From the NCBI GenBank assembly GCA_950097015.1, contig CATNEN010000007.1, positions 6,510,001 through 6,574,000 of the forward strand: a DNA stretch of 64,000 nt, read 5' to 3'. Positions 23,341 through 34,676 of the stretch are shown here, one piece after another. Every line of letters starts with the position of its first letter. Position 1 is the first letter of the stretch. Position numbers and translations under genes: made by a program. The notes beneath the pieces are model-generated. The model saw only the letters and a list, made by a program, of their open reading frames with translations, had not been told where the DNA came from and ran no database searches. Source of the DNA: Macrostomum hystrix. Its lineage: Eukaryota; Animalia; Platyhelminthes.

Positions 23341-24724
23341 TGGATATTATTTTGGCGCAGGCCTGTGTTTGGCAATCCATGTGCCTCTGGATTAAAAAAT
23401 GAGGTAATAATTTTGCCAACAGTATACTCTGTGCAGTTTATGCAAATGCAGACTGTGGGTATGCAGTTGTCTAAATTTACCGTTAAGCATCAACCAACAG
23501 CATGTGGATTCTTATAGTTTGCATTTTCCCTTAATCTACTTTCAATTTATGAGTCATTAGCTGTGCTGTTAATGGCTTATTTAAACTTTTCAGGCAAGAA
23601 ATTTTGCGCAAAATACTCTGCTCTCTCATCTCAATGAAGATCACATCTTCATTACTAGCCTAGTTAGGTCGAAGTGCAGTCCGGAAAAATTGCCAACGAG
23701 GAGCGAAGCGAGCGTAGCTCCTCGTTGGCAATTTTTTCGGACAAACGAGACCGAGATAAGATGTCCCGGAGACTCCCCCAACGTAAAATCAACGTTTTGG
23801 AAAATAAAATTGATGCAGAATTAAAACCACTTGAGATGAAACCATGTGTGACCCCTCTATGGACGTAAAACATTTAGGGCTACAAGATGTGTGACGTGAA
23901 AGTTCCATAGCAACGCGTCTTGGTTGCCATGGCAACAAAAAAGTGACTTTTTTAGACCCGTCCAAATCTTGAATCTCAAAAAATAAGGATTCACAATATG
24001 GAGTCAAAAATTGATTGAACCCAACTTTTGGCGAATTTTCAGACCTACAAGACACTGATTGGTTATTTTCCGCTAAATGCTTACCTTGATAGGTAATTCT
24101 GTAAAAGTGTGTTTTTTAAGTGTCAAAAAATGCGCATTTTTTTCAACTTTCAACTTCCTTTGAGCTGCGTCATTCTAACGATGGCACCTGGGACTCTTAC
24201 ATGACGCACGACTTTAACCAAGATACTCACTTTAAGTGTACATTCGCACCTGTTAATTACATTAGAATATTCGACGGTAGGTATTCGAACCGAAATAAAG
24301 GAAATTCAACCTTGTTGCGAGACTCTAAAAAGTACATGAATGCGGTCATTTAGGTAAGATCTACATGTTTATAATACATTTTGAGCCGTTTCGTTGCACT
24401 GACTCTGAGCCATACACTGCTAAAGTCGATAAACGTGATTTAGGCTATTTTTATGCATTTTTCATGATACAAATGTACAAAAAATAAGAAACGACGACAT
24501 GCTAGGAAAATCAGACTTTTTAGGCAAGGTGCACAACTAAATTGCGCACAATATGTATATCTTGAAATTTCGTCTTAGTTTATTGAAGTCGCTGCCGGTA
24601 CAGAAATGTACTTTAACGACGGTACGGGGGGCTTGCATATCGAACATACTTTTTAGCCTGTAACTTTTGAGCGGATTACCGGAGCGCGACGCACTTGGTG
24701 TCATTGAACTACATTTTAGATGTA

Positions 24725-25790
24725 CTTTAATTTGAATGTATGTTCGCTGTCATTGCACGATGCGTTGTACACCTCAGGTCAGGTCACGTGACTTTCTGGA
24801 AATGAAATAATGAATTTGTACCTATACTAAGGATAGGTGAAGCGTAAGAATGAGCCAAAATTTGTACTTATTAGAAACACCTAGATGACTACTATCAGAA
24901 AAAATGATATTCACGTCTGTCAGTTGCAAAATTTTGTTATAATTGACTTATATCGAAAAATCGAAAAACGTGATTTTGTGCAAAAACAACCCATATGAGC
25001 ACACATAGGGTGAAAAATTTATTGATTTTCGCTATGAGGTTCTTAGCTTCCAAGAGCACTATTGTGCCCAGTAAACACGTACAGATGACTGCTATCTTCG
25101 TTAGTGTGCGAAAATTCGTATTTTTACGCTAATAACATTTACCGAATTACGAGGTTCCGGTGTTATGCGTGTTTTTGCTATATTTCACGCTACCATTTAT
25201 TAACGATGCTACGCCAGGCCTTCAGTGTGGTGTCAATAATTAGCATTTAAAAAGTGCTTTAATTTGAGTGTATGTTCGCTGGCATTGCACGATGCGTTGT
25301 ACACCTCAGGCCAGGTCACGTGACTTGCTGGAAATGAAATAATGACTTGTACCTATACTAGGGATAGGTGAAGCATAAGAATGACCCATATTAGTACTTA
25401 TTAGAAACATCTAGATGACTACTCTCAGAAAAAGTGACATTCACGTCTGTCAGTAGCAAAAAAATTTTTTAATTGACTCTTAAAATCGAAAAACGTGATT
25501 TTGTGCAAAAACAACCCATTTGAGCACTACATAGGGTGGAAAATATATTAATTTTCGCTATGAGGTTCTTAGCTTCCAAGAGCACTATTGTGCCCAGTAA
25601 ACACGTACAGATTGCTGCTATCTTCGTTAGTGTGCGAAAATTCGTATTTTGACGCTATTAACATTTTACCGAATTACGAGGTTCCGGTACTATGCGTTTT
25701 TTTGCTTTATTTCACGCTGCCATTTATTAACGATGCTACGCCAGGCCTTCAGTGTGGTGTCAATAAATAGCATTTAGCAAGTGCTTTAAG
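24725..25790. repeat. ~533-bp internal tandem duplication in element B (single copy in C)
   Basis: TTTAATTTGA(A/G)TGTATGTTCGCTG at 24725 and 25258 is followed by colinear sequence. Only one copy is present in C (~31740-32270). Confidence 0.85.
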
Positions 25791-26060
25791 ATGACATCAT
25801 GCGCATTGCGTTGCGTAAAAGTGTGGGTCCACAGTTCTGTAATAAGTTAAAATGACCTGATTTCGCAAAAATCTTTAAAAGAAAAAATACCAAGTAGGTA
25901 ACTAAAAAGCCTTCTGACACTGAATAAAAAATGCACAGAAAAGTGCTATTTTGTAACGTAAAAAGTCTTGCGTCCTGCAAAATTTTCTATGGTGACTTTT
26001 TGGAGCCTTTAAGTGTACAAACGTGCGCATTTTTAAAGCTGTTGAACTTACTTTTTGAGT

Positions 26061-27136
26061 TTCAGGCACAATTAAATTGTGCCTGAGCAGCTGGTAACGG
26101 CTGTGATGGCCCTGTACCAGGAGACCAGGGCGGCAGTTGTGACGCCGGACGGCCTATCCGATTTCTTCGACACGACCTCCGGTGTGCTGCAGGGCGACAC
26201 ACTCGCCCCCTTTCTGTTCGTCCTGGTCCTGGACTGGGTGCTGCGCACTGGCCTCCCTGACGACGCCAACGGCTTTCTGCTCTGTCGCAGGACAAGCAGC
26301 CGACACCCCGAAAGACGACTCTCTGTCCTGGCGTACGCGGACGACCTGGCGCTGCTGTCCAGCTCAATCGAAGGTGCTCAGCATCTGCTGGACAAGCTGA
26401 CTGCGGCGGCGGCAATGGTCGGGCTGTCCGTGAACACCAAGAAAACAATGGTGCTGACCGTCCCAAATGACCTCAACGGCGAGATCCTCTGCCACAGCGT
26501 AAATGGGCAAGCGGCATTGCTGCCGCGCTGCGAGACCTTCATCTATCTCGGCGGTCAAGTGCCCGACATCCTGGACGACATGGCGCGACGCAGGGCGCTT
26601 GCCTGGGCAGCCTTTCGCACCCTGCGGACTGTCCTGCAGTGCCCCACGCTGCCGGATCGGCTGAGAGGGCGGTTGTTTCAAGCCGTCATAGAGACCGTCT
26701 TTCTCTACAACGCTCAAACGTGGACTCTGAACGGCACACAGGAGAAGCAACTCGATGCCGCCCACGCCGGACTCCTGCGAGCCGCCTTCGGCGTCCACTA
26801 TTCGCCGACTGCCGTCACCAACACCAGCAACGATGAGCTCTATCGCCGGGCCCAGCTCTGCCGGCCAAGTCAGCTGCTGCGCATCCGGCGCCTGCAGCTG
26901 GCTGGCCACGTCATCCGTGCGGAGCAGCGCTGCCCCGAGCCACTGCAGGACGTGCTGCTGCTTTCCCTGCAGGGGCCCCGGCGGCGTGGTCAGGCGAGGG
27001 CGCTACGCTATCCTGAACTGCTATTGACTGACGCTGAGATCTCTGACCCTCGTGGACTGACAATTCTGCGCCACTCTGCTCTTGCGCGTGCCTTTTGACG
27101 GCAGCCCCTCTGGCTTCGGCCTTGGGTTGTCGTCCT

Positions 27137-27166
<30 letters not shown>
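26061..27166 (+). mobile_element. 5'-truncated RTE-like non-LTR retrotransposon (RT C-terminal half, ORF 26079-27098) with (TTG)n tail
   Basis: RT motifs GVLQGDTLAPFLF and LAYADDLAL. 3' (TTG)n tail. Absent from the homologous site in element C (~32540), with TGAGT duplicated at the flanks. Confidence 0.9.
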
Positions 27167-27169
<3 letters not shown>

Positions 27170-29351
27170 AGTGCATATTTTGAAAATAAGCATTTTATAA
27201 ATTGTATAACAAAATTTAATATAAAAAAAAATAAGTTGCTACAGAAACTGAAAAAAAGCATTTTTAAATAATAAAATTGTACATTACAGTCGTTCTGTTT
27301 CTTATAATTTCTACAAAAAAAATAAATTTAAATCGGTTATGTTTACAATAGTTTAATTGCTGTAGGACAAATTTGACCTCAAATTTTCAAAGCAACTTAT
27401 CCAAGCAAACGCTATCTAAATCTGAAATCTTTTCAAGCTTCAATTTGTAGCTATAATATTCGGTTTTGTTAAGCTATTTATTTGTATCCTACTACCTTAT
27501 ATATAATTATTGTACAATATATTATATTATTCAAGTTTTAATTGTAATATATTCAATTGTTATCAATTTTACACTGTAAGTCTAAGCTTCTAATTTTATT
27601 TTAAATACTAACTGATGTATAAAGCTCGCTGTCTGTTGTTCGTTGACTTTTTATAATTTTTTTAGAGACTCAAGCAAGCAATTATTTTTATTATTCAAAC
27701 TGTCTTTACTTTTTGAAGGTGTGAATGGTTAAGCAGATGCGTTTAAGTATTGAATGAGATTCTTAGCAGTTAAATGCAATAATGCAGTTTTGTGATCGAT
27801 AGTTGCTGAATTTTTATCAAAGAAAAGCTCTTGAAATACACCATTTGCTTTTTTGTCAATTAATTAATTGCCTTTTGGTGATTTATAGTGTAATTCGCAG
27901 CAATGGCTGGTGAATTCTTTTAAGCAAAGCACTTAAAAAGAAAATCACTTGCCTTTTTGGCGATTAATTGCCTTTGGTGATTAATAGCACAATGTGCACT
28001 GCAATGGTTGCTGAATTCCTATGAGCAAAGCACATGAAATGCACAATTTGCCTTTTTGGTGATTAATTGCCTTTTGTCAATTTATTGCCTTTTGGCAAGC
28101 AATTTGCACTGCAATGGCTGCTGAATTTCTATAAGCAAAGCACTTAGAAAGCTTATGTTTGCTTGAGATACAATTTAAATATTCTTTTTAAAAAATAAAC
28201 ACTATTGAGTGGGTGCTGTGCATAAATTTGCCTTTTGGCAGCTTAAATACAATTTTGTGAATAAATTATTGCATACAGCACTGTCTACAAACTGTGCAGT
28301 GAAAGTCCTTTAAAATGTGAGTAGCATTTATTAACCTCCACAGTGTAAAATATTTTTACTGTCTAAAATTTCTATAAAAATATTGTTGTTTGCTTTGTAA
28401 GTCTCATTGTACCATGAGGTTAGTTAAATGTTCAACGCTTTTTGTTTTTGACACAGCAGTATTTTTCTCTCAACATTGATTTTGATATTGATTGATTGAT
28501 TTGTTTTGTTTTGCATTTTTTAAAAGCTGTTGTGTCTAATTTTGGACTTAGCTAAATGATCAGGCTATACCTACCTAATGTTGGGTAACTTTTATTGAAT
28601 GGCAATGCATTTCACTGCAAAGTTGCATCCAGTGGTTTTACTTACCTGTGGGTATTAAAAGTCTACTTTTAATGCTGAATGTCTTGGAAAATATCTTTTT
28701 AAATTATAGTGAACAGAATTGGAGTGCCAAACAGTTTTTAAAAACTAATTTTGTTGTTCATTCTAAGATTATTTTTACGTAAAATGTAAAATTAATTGAG
28801 GTAGCATGTTCACTTTTAACTTTGTAATTATTACTATTGCCAGCTATGCTACTTAGCCCAGTTGCACAATAATTAATAAACAATATTTTATTGTTTTTAT
28901 TATTGAATTCTGAATATATTGATTACATGGTATTTTTCTACCAATAGCATATATTTTATTTTTCTGATTTTTCTCTTTACAATTTGTAATCCAAATATAC
29001 AGAATGTCTAAGATTTTCTATTATGAGTATTATTTTATTATTTCTGAGACCTTTGTATACAGTGTTAATTTATGTTACTGGGTTCGATTTTCAAGTCTAT
29101 TTAGTGGAACTTTATGATAAGAAATTAATGAATAGTTAATTATAACTAATTAGTTGCACAGGACATCTGTAACTAAAAATACTTAGCATCTCTAAGTAGT
29201 TTACAATAGTTTAGCATTTTTAGGGTTTTTTATGTGTTGCAAAACTGTTTGCTTTCTACAGTATTTTGTTTAGGGCTGCATCTGTAATTGGAAACAATAA
29301 GGTTCTGGATATCTACGTTTCAGGCTTCAAAACATTATTATTTTTTTATTG

Positions 29352-29515
29352 GGGGTGACACCTTTGCAGAAGACTACAGCAGCGGTGGCGGTGATCGCGG
29401 AGGCGGTGGTGGCTTCGGCCGTGGAGGTGTCTTTGGCCACGGCGGTGGCAGAGGCCGCGGTGGTGGCTTTGGAGGAGGCTTCGGCGGAGGTGGAATCGGC
29501 CGCAGCGGCAATTGA
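29352..29515 (+). pseudogene. RGG/Gly-rich exon-like fragment in element B
   Basis: GGGDRGGGGGFGRGGVFGHGGGRGRGGGFGGGFGGGG, a GC-rich island in AT-rich DNA. Confidence 0.45.
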
Positions 29516-29702
29516 GGCGGCCACAGTGGAGGAGCCGGCCGCAGCGGCAATGGAGGCGGCCGCCAAAAATGGAGGCGCCCCCAAATCCACTAATTCGCCC
29601 TTAAACCCAATCACCGTGTGCAGTTCAAAAGCTGCATTCCATAAAAAATTTTCACAGAGAGCAGTCAAGTCGAATGCTGCTGTCAGCGACGACTCCGAAC
29701 GG

Positions 29703-30245
29703 GGGGCGGCTGCTGCTAGCGCGGCGAGCGACTTTTGCAACCCCAACCAAGGGGCGGCTGCTGCTAGCATGGCAAGCGACTTTTGCAACCCCAACCAAGG
29801 GGCGGCTGCTGCTAGCGCGGCGAGCGACTTTTGCAACCCCAACCAAGGGGCGGCTGCTGCTAGCGCGGCGAGCGACTTTTGCAACCCCAACCAAGGGGCG
29901 GCTGCTGCTAGCATGGCAAGCGACTTTTGCAACCCCAACCAAGGGGCGGCTGCTGCTAGCGCGGCGAGCGACTTTTGCAACCCCAACCAAGGGGCGGCTG
30001 CTGCTAGCGTGGCAAGCGACTTTTGCAACCCCAACCAAGGGGCGGCTGCTGCTAGCGTAGCAAGCGACTTTTGCAACTCAAACCAAGGGGCGGCTGCTGC
30101 TAGCGTGGCAAGCGACTTTTGCAACTCAACCAAGGGGCGGCTGCTGCTAGCGTGGCAAGCGACCTTTGCAACTCAACCAAGGGGCGGCTGCTGCTAGCGC
30201 GGCGAGCGACTTTTGCAACCCCAACCAAGGGGCGGCTGCTGCTAG
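29703..30245. repeat. 48-bp tandem repeat (~11 units) inside element B
   Basis: Units GGGGCGGCTGCTGCTAGC(GCGGCG/ATGGCA)AGCGACTTTTGCAACCCCAACCAA. Confidence 0.9.
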
Positions 30246-32740
30246 AGCTGCTGCCGCTACCAGCGCTAACGATATTGAGAGGGGGGCTGGTCGGGAAGGC
30301 CAGTAGCTGCAGCTGACTGTTAAACGGGGCTTCATCTCGCTGCTTTTAATATATTTTTTATTAATTAAAACTAAAGTTCTTGTCTTCGTTCCTCGAACCC
30401 AGTTTCTGTTTAAGGCAGTGTTTTCACACTGTACTCATTAAGCACTCTTAAGTACTCTGGTAGTCTTTAAGGGCGTAGCAATAGAGTACTCTGGTATTCT
30501 TTTAAAGTGCGTACTTTAAAGTAGGCAAGCACTTTTTAAAGTGCAACGCATTTCAGTCTGTCATCATCAATCCTAATTTTGTACTATATAAAAGTCTCAA
30601 TAATCGCTGGTACAACGTAAAATTATTATATTTATTATATGCATTTTAAAGTTACCATGCTTAGTGAATAACAAATATGTTCGGTCCCATTAATTATATC
30701 CTACGTACTGAAGTAACGCAACATCTAAATTATAAATTAATTTAGTATTTAAATATTATGTTCCAACCTGTCCATCCTGGTGATTCGAGTTGAATAACTG
30801 AGCATTTTAATTAATTAAATTTAATATATATGGTAACGTGGCTTGATGGCACCGCTCGTGTGTGTGTCTGCCCATTCGTGTTGTTGCATGTACAAAACAA
30901 GTGCTGTTTTGGATAAAAATTTGTGGATCATCTTTCCTTTAATTATCTGTTTACGTTTTTTGACAGGTGGGCATAGGTAGATAGATCTACTGTCTCTCTC
31001 ACTCTCCGATTCTCCACGCTCCCTCCCGCTGTTTTCAATTATGTTCCCTAATAAAAACTAAAAAATCGCTTTCCTCCCTCCATATGTGGGTCCGATTGGA
31101 GGTAGGGGGCGATTTTTTGATGCAGTAGTCTGCTTTATTAAAGTGCTTCAGTCAGTATCCTCAGTACAAATAGGCCGCTAAGTTTTGAAATATTTACAAA
31201 GGTTTTTGTTCATTTTATTGGGTGACATGATGAGAAGTAAAAAATAATTTCGAAATATTAAGCAATATTAATGCACTTCGACCTGCTAAGGTGGCACACC
31301 TTCAATCTAGTTAGGTCGAAGTGCAGTTCGGACAAACGAGACCGAGATAAGATGTCCCGGAGACTCCCCCAACGTAAAATCAACGTTTTGGAAAATAAAA
31401 TTGATGCAGAATTAAAACCACTTGAGATGAAACCATGTGTGACCCCTCTATGGACGTAAAACATTTAGGGCTACAAGATGTGTGACGTGAAAGTTCTATA
31501 GCAACGCGTCTTGGTTGCCATGGCAACAATAAAGTGACTTTTTTTAGACCCGTCGAAATCTTGAATCTCAAAAAAAAAGGATTCGCAATATGGAGTCAAA
31601 AATTGATTGAACCCAACTTTTGTACTTTAACGACGGTACGGGGGGCTTGCATATCGAACATACTTTTTAGCCTGTAACTTTTGAGAGGATTACCGGAGCG
31701 CGACGCGCTTGGTGTCATTGAACTACAATTTAGATGTACTTTAATTTGAATGTATGTTCGCTGTCATTGCACGATGCGTTGTACACCTCAGGTCAGGTCA
31801 CGTGACTTGCTGGAAATGAAATAATGAATTTGTACCTATACTAAGGATAGGTGAAGCGTAAGAATGACCCATATTTGTACTTATTAGAAACATCTAGATG
31901 ACTACTCTCAGAAAAAGTGACATTCACGTCTGTCAGTTGCAAAAAAGTTTTATAATTGACTCTCAAAATCTGAAAACGTGATTTTGTACAAAAACAACCC
32001 ATTTGAGCACTACATAGGGCGGAAAATATATTAATTTTCGCTATGAGGTTCTTAGCTTCCAAGAGCACTATTGTGCCCAGTAAACACGTACAGATTGCTG
32101 CTATCTTCGTTAGTGTGCGAAAATTCGTATTTTGACGCTAATAACATTTTACCGAATTACGAGGTTCCGGTACTATGCGTTTTTTTGCTTTATTTCACGC
32201 TGCCATTTATTAACGATGCTACGCCAGGCCTTCAGTGTGGTGTCAATAAATAGCATTTAGCAAGTGCTTTAAGATGACATCATGCGCATTGCGTTGCGTA
32301 AAAGTGTGGGTCCACAGTTTGGTAATAAGTTAAAAAGACCTGATTTCGCAAAAATCTTTAAAAGAAGAAAATACCAAATAGGTAACTAAAAAGCCTTTTG
32401 AAACTGAATAAAAAATGCACATAAAAGTGCTATTTTGTAACGTAAAAAGTCTTGCGTCCTGCAAAAATCTTCTATGGTGACTTTTTGGAGCCGTGAAGTG
32501 AAAAAACGTGCGCATTTTTAAACCTATTGAACTTACTTTTTGAGTGCATATTTTGAAAATAATTATTTTATGAATTGTATAACAAAATTTAATTGAAGAA
32601 AAAAATAATTGCTTCAGAAAATAAATTATAATAATTTTTATATAAATTAATTGTACATTTCAGTCGCTCTGTTCCATATAGTTTCTACAAGAAAATAAAA
32701 TTCAAATCGGCTATGTTAACAGTAGCAAAATTTGTCGTAC

Positions 32741-32786
32741 AAGGACCACTAGAAGAAGATCTTACCTCTTCTTCTAGTGGTCCTAG
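32741..32786. mobile_element. 46-bp hairpin micro-insertion flanked by a 9-bp direct repeat
   Basis: 18-bp perfect inverted repeat AGGACCACTAGAAGAAGA / TCTTCTTCTAGTGGTCCT. TTGTCGTAC occurs at 32732-32740 and 32787-32795. Absent at the homologous position in B (~27360). Confidence 0.6.
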
Positions 32787-34106
32787 TTGTCGTACGGCAA
32801 ATTTGACATAAAAATTTCAAAGCAACTTAACCAAGCAATCACTATCTAAATCTGAATTTTTCAAGCATTTAGTCTGTAGCTATTATATTCACTTTTTACT
32901 CTATTTATTAGTATCCTACTACCTTATAAATACTTGTTTTACAATATTGTATTCTACAAGTACAAGTTTTACTTGTAAATAATTCAATTGTTACATAGGC
33001 CTATTTTACATTGTAAGTGTAAGCTTATAGTTTTCTTTTAAATACTAACTGATGTATAGTATTTTAATAATATTTTATTATTCAAATATTCTTTACTTTT
33101 AGAAGGCGCAGATAATAAGGCAGAAGTGTTTATTTATTAAACGAGATTCTTAGCAGTTTAATGCAATAATGCAGTTTTTTGATCGATAGTTGCTGAATTT
33201 TTACCAAAGCAAAGCTCTTGAAATGCACCATTTGCATTTTTGCAATTAATTGCCTTTTGGCGATTTAAAGTGCAATTTTAAGCTACAATGGCTGCAGAAT
33301 TATTATAAGCAAAGCATTTACAAAACAAACCATTTGTCTGTTTGGCAATTAACTGTCTTTAGGCAATAACTACTGTGAGATTAGTTAAATGCTCAATGCT
33401 TTTTGTTTTAGGCATGGCAGTACTTTTCTCTCAACATTGATTTGGATATTGATTGATTGATTTGATTTGTTTTGCACATTTTTAAAGCTACTATGTCTAA
33501 TTATAGACTTAGCTAAATAATTAGGCTAGGCCTACCAAATGTTGGGTAACTTGTATTGAATGGCAAAGCATTTCACTGCAAAGGCACATCTTGTGGTTTC
33601 ACGTACCTGTGGGTGTTATGAGACTATTTTTACAGAAATTTTCAATTCATTAAGGTAGCATGTTCACCATCAAATTTTTAATTATTACCATTGCTAGCTA
33701 TTCTGCTTAGCCCATTAGTAAAAAAGCTAATAAACAAGATTTTATTTTTTATATATTTCGAAAAAAATTTATTACTTGGTATTTTTCTACCAATAGCATA
33801 AATTGTATTGTTCAGATTTTCGTCTATATAATTCCTAATCCAAATATACAGAATATCCAAGATTTTCTATTATGAGTATTATTTCTTGGACCTTAGTATA
33901 TGATGTTAATTCATGTGTCTCAGTTTGATTTTTAAGTCTATTTAATTGAACTTTGTGATAAAAAATTGATAAATGGTAAATTATAATTAATTAGTCACAC
34001 AGGACATCTGTAACTAAAAAACTTAGCATCAAAGAGAGACTTGTCAACATATATATTTGCTTCTTGGAGTCAATCGATACAAAATACAACAAAGTTATTG
34101 TCAAAA

Positions 34107-34478
34107 TGTAACAGGGCTTGTCTCTCTACTTTTCTCTCTAATGGTAGCGTATCACTCGGCACGAGTGGTTTAACCTTCTAAGGCACTGGCTTACTATTCT
34201 CCAGTCTTTGCTGGGTGTTTTCTGTGGATCAGAGGGTCACAGCCTCAAATAACCAACTCAACACTTTTCTTCTTCAGTAATAGCTTATTTGCTTTTCGCC
34301 ACACTGGCACGTTGATTTGTCTCAACTGAATTACACTCGTTTATATACACAAAAGAAAATGTTTGTTAAAGTCAACGAATTTGACAAAATTTTACATATA
34401 AAAAATATTTAGCGCGTTCAAACAAAGGCATAGGCACGAATTTGACTTTAAAGAAATAATAAAAGCATCCCTACTACA
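34107..34478 (-). repeat. 3' LTR (372 bp)
   Basis: TGTAACAGGG...CTACTACA, matching 40247-40509. Confidence 0.92.
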
Positions 34479-34676
34479 ACTTGCCTTCCCTAAAATAATG
34501 TTTGAATAAAGCATGAGTGATATTTTTAGTAATAATGTTATTTAAGCCGCATGAGTCAATTTTACTTTATGTAGCATCAGGTCACCGTCCTCAGTCCCGT
34601 CGCCTCTGCTTCTACGCTGCTGCTGCCGCCGCTGCTGCTGCCGCCGCTGCCACTGCCGCCGCTGCTACTGCTGCCG

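Larger units (their letters stand above)
18197..23658 (+). mobile_element. Non-autonomous Helentron/Helitron2-like element A (HINE-type)
   Basis: 5' IR TTGAGATGAGAGAGC (18197-18211) pairs with subterminal GCTCTCTCATCTCAA (23620-23634). These are followed by hairpin AATGAAGAT-CAC-ATCTTCATT and ACTAG. The left boundary is defined by the empty site at 2404. It has an internal 22-bp tandem array and no transposase. Confidence 0.75.
23664..31310 (+). mobile_element. Non-autonomous Helentron/Helitron2-like element B
   Basis: 5' IR AGGTCGAAGTGCA (23666-23678) pairs with TGCACTTCGACCT (31272-31284), followed by hairpin AAGGTG-GCA-CACCTT and a CTAG end. Extensive homology to element C and patchy homology to A (e.g. 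18796 vs 24695 CTTGGTGTC..GAACTACATTTTAGATG). Confidence 0.8.

Noticed and set aside
29349-30197. 282-aa Ala-rich ORF with GAAAASAASDFCNPNQ repeats
   Set aside because: An alternative frame of the RGG fragment fused to a 48-bp repeat, with a non-ATG start and no independent coding evidence.
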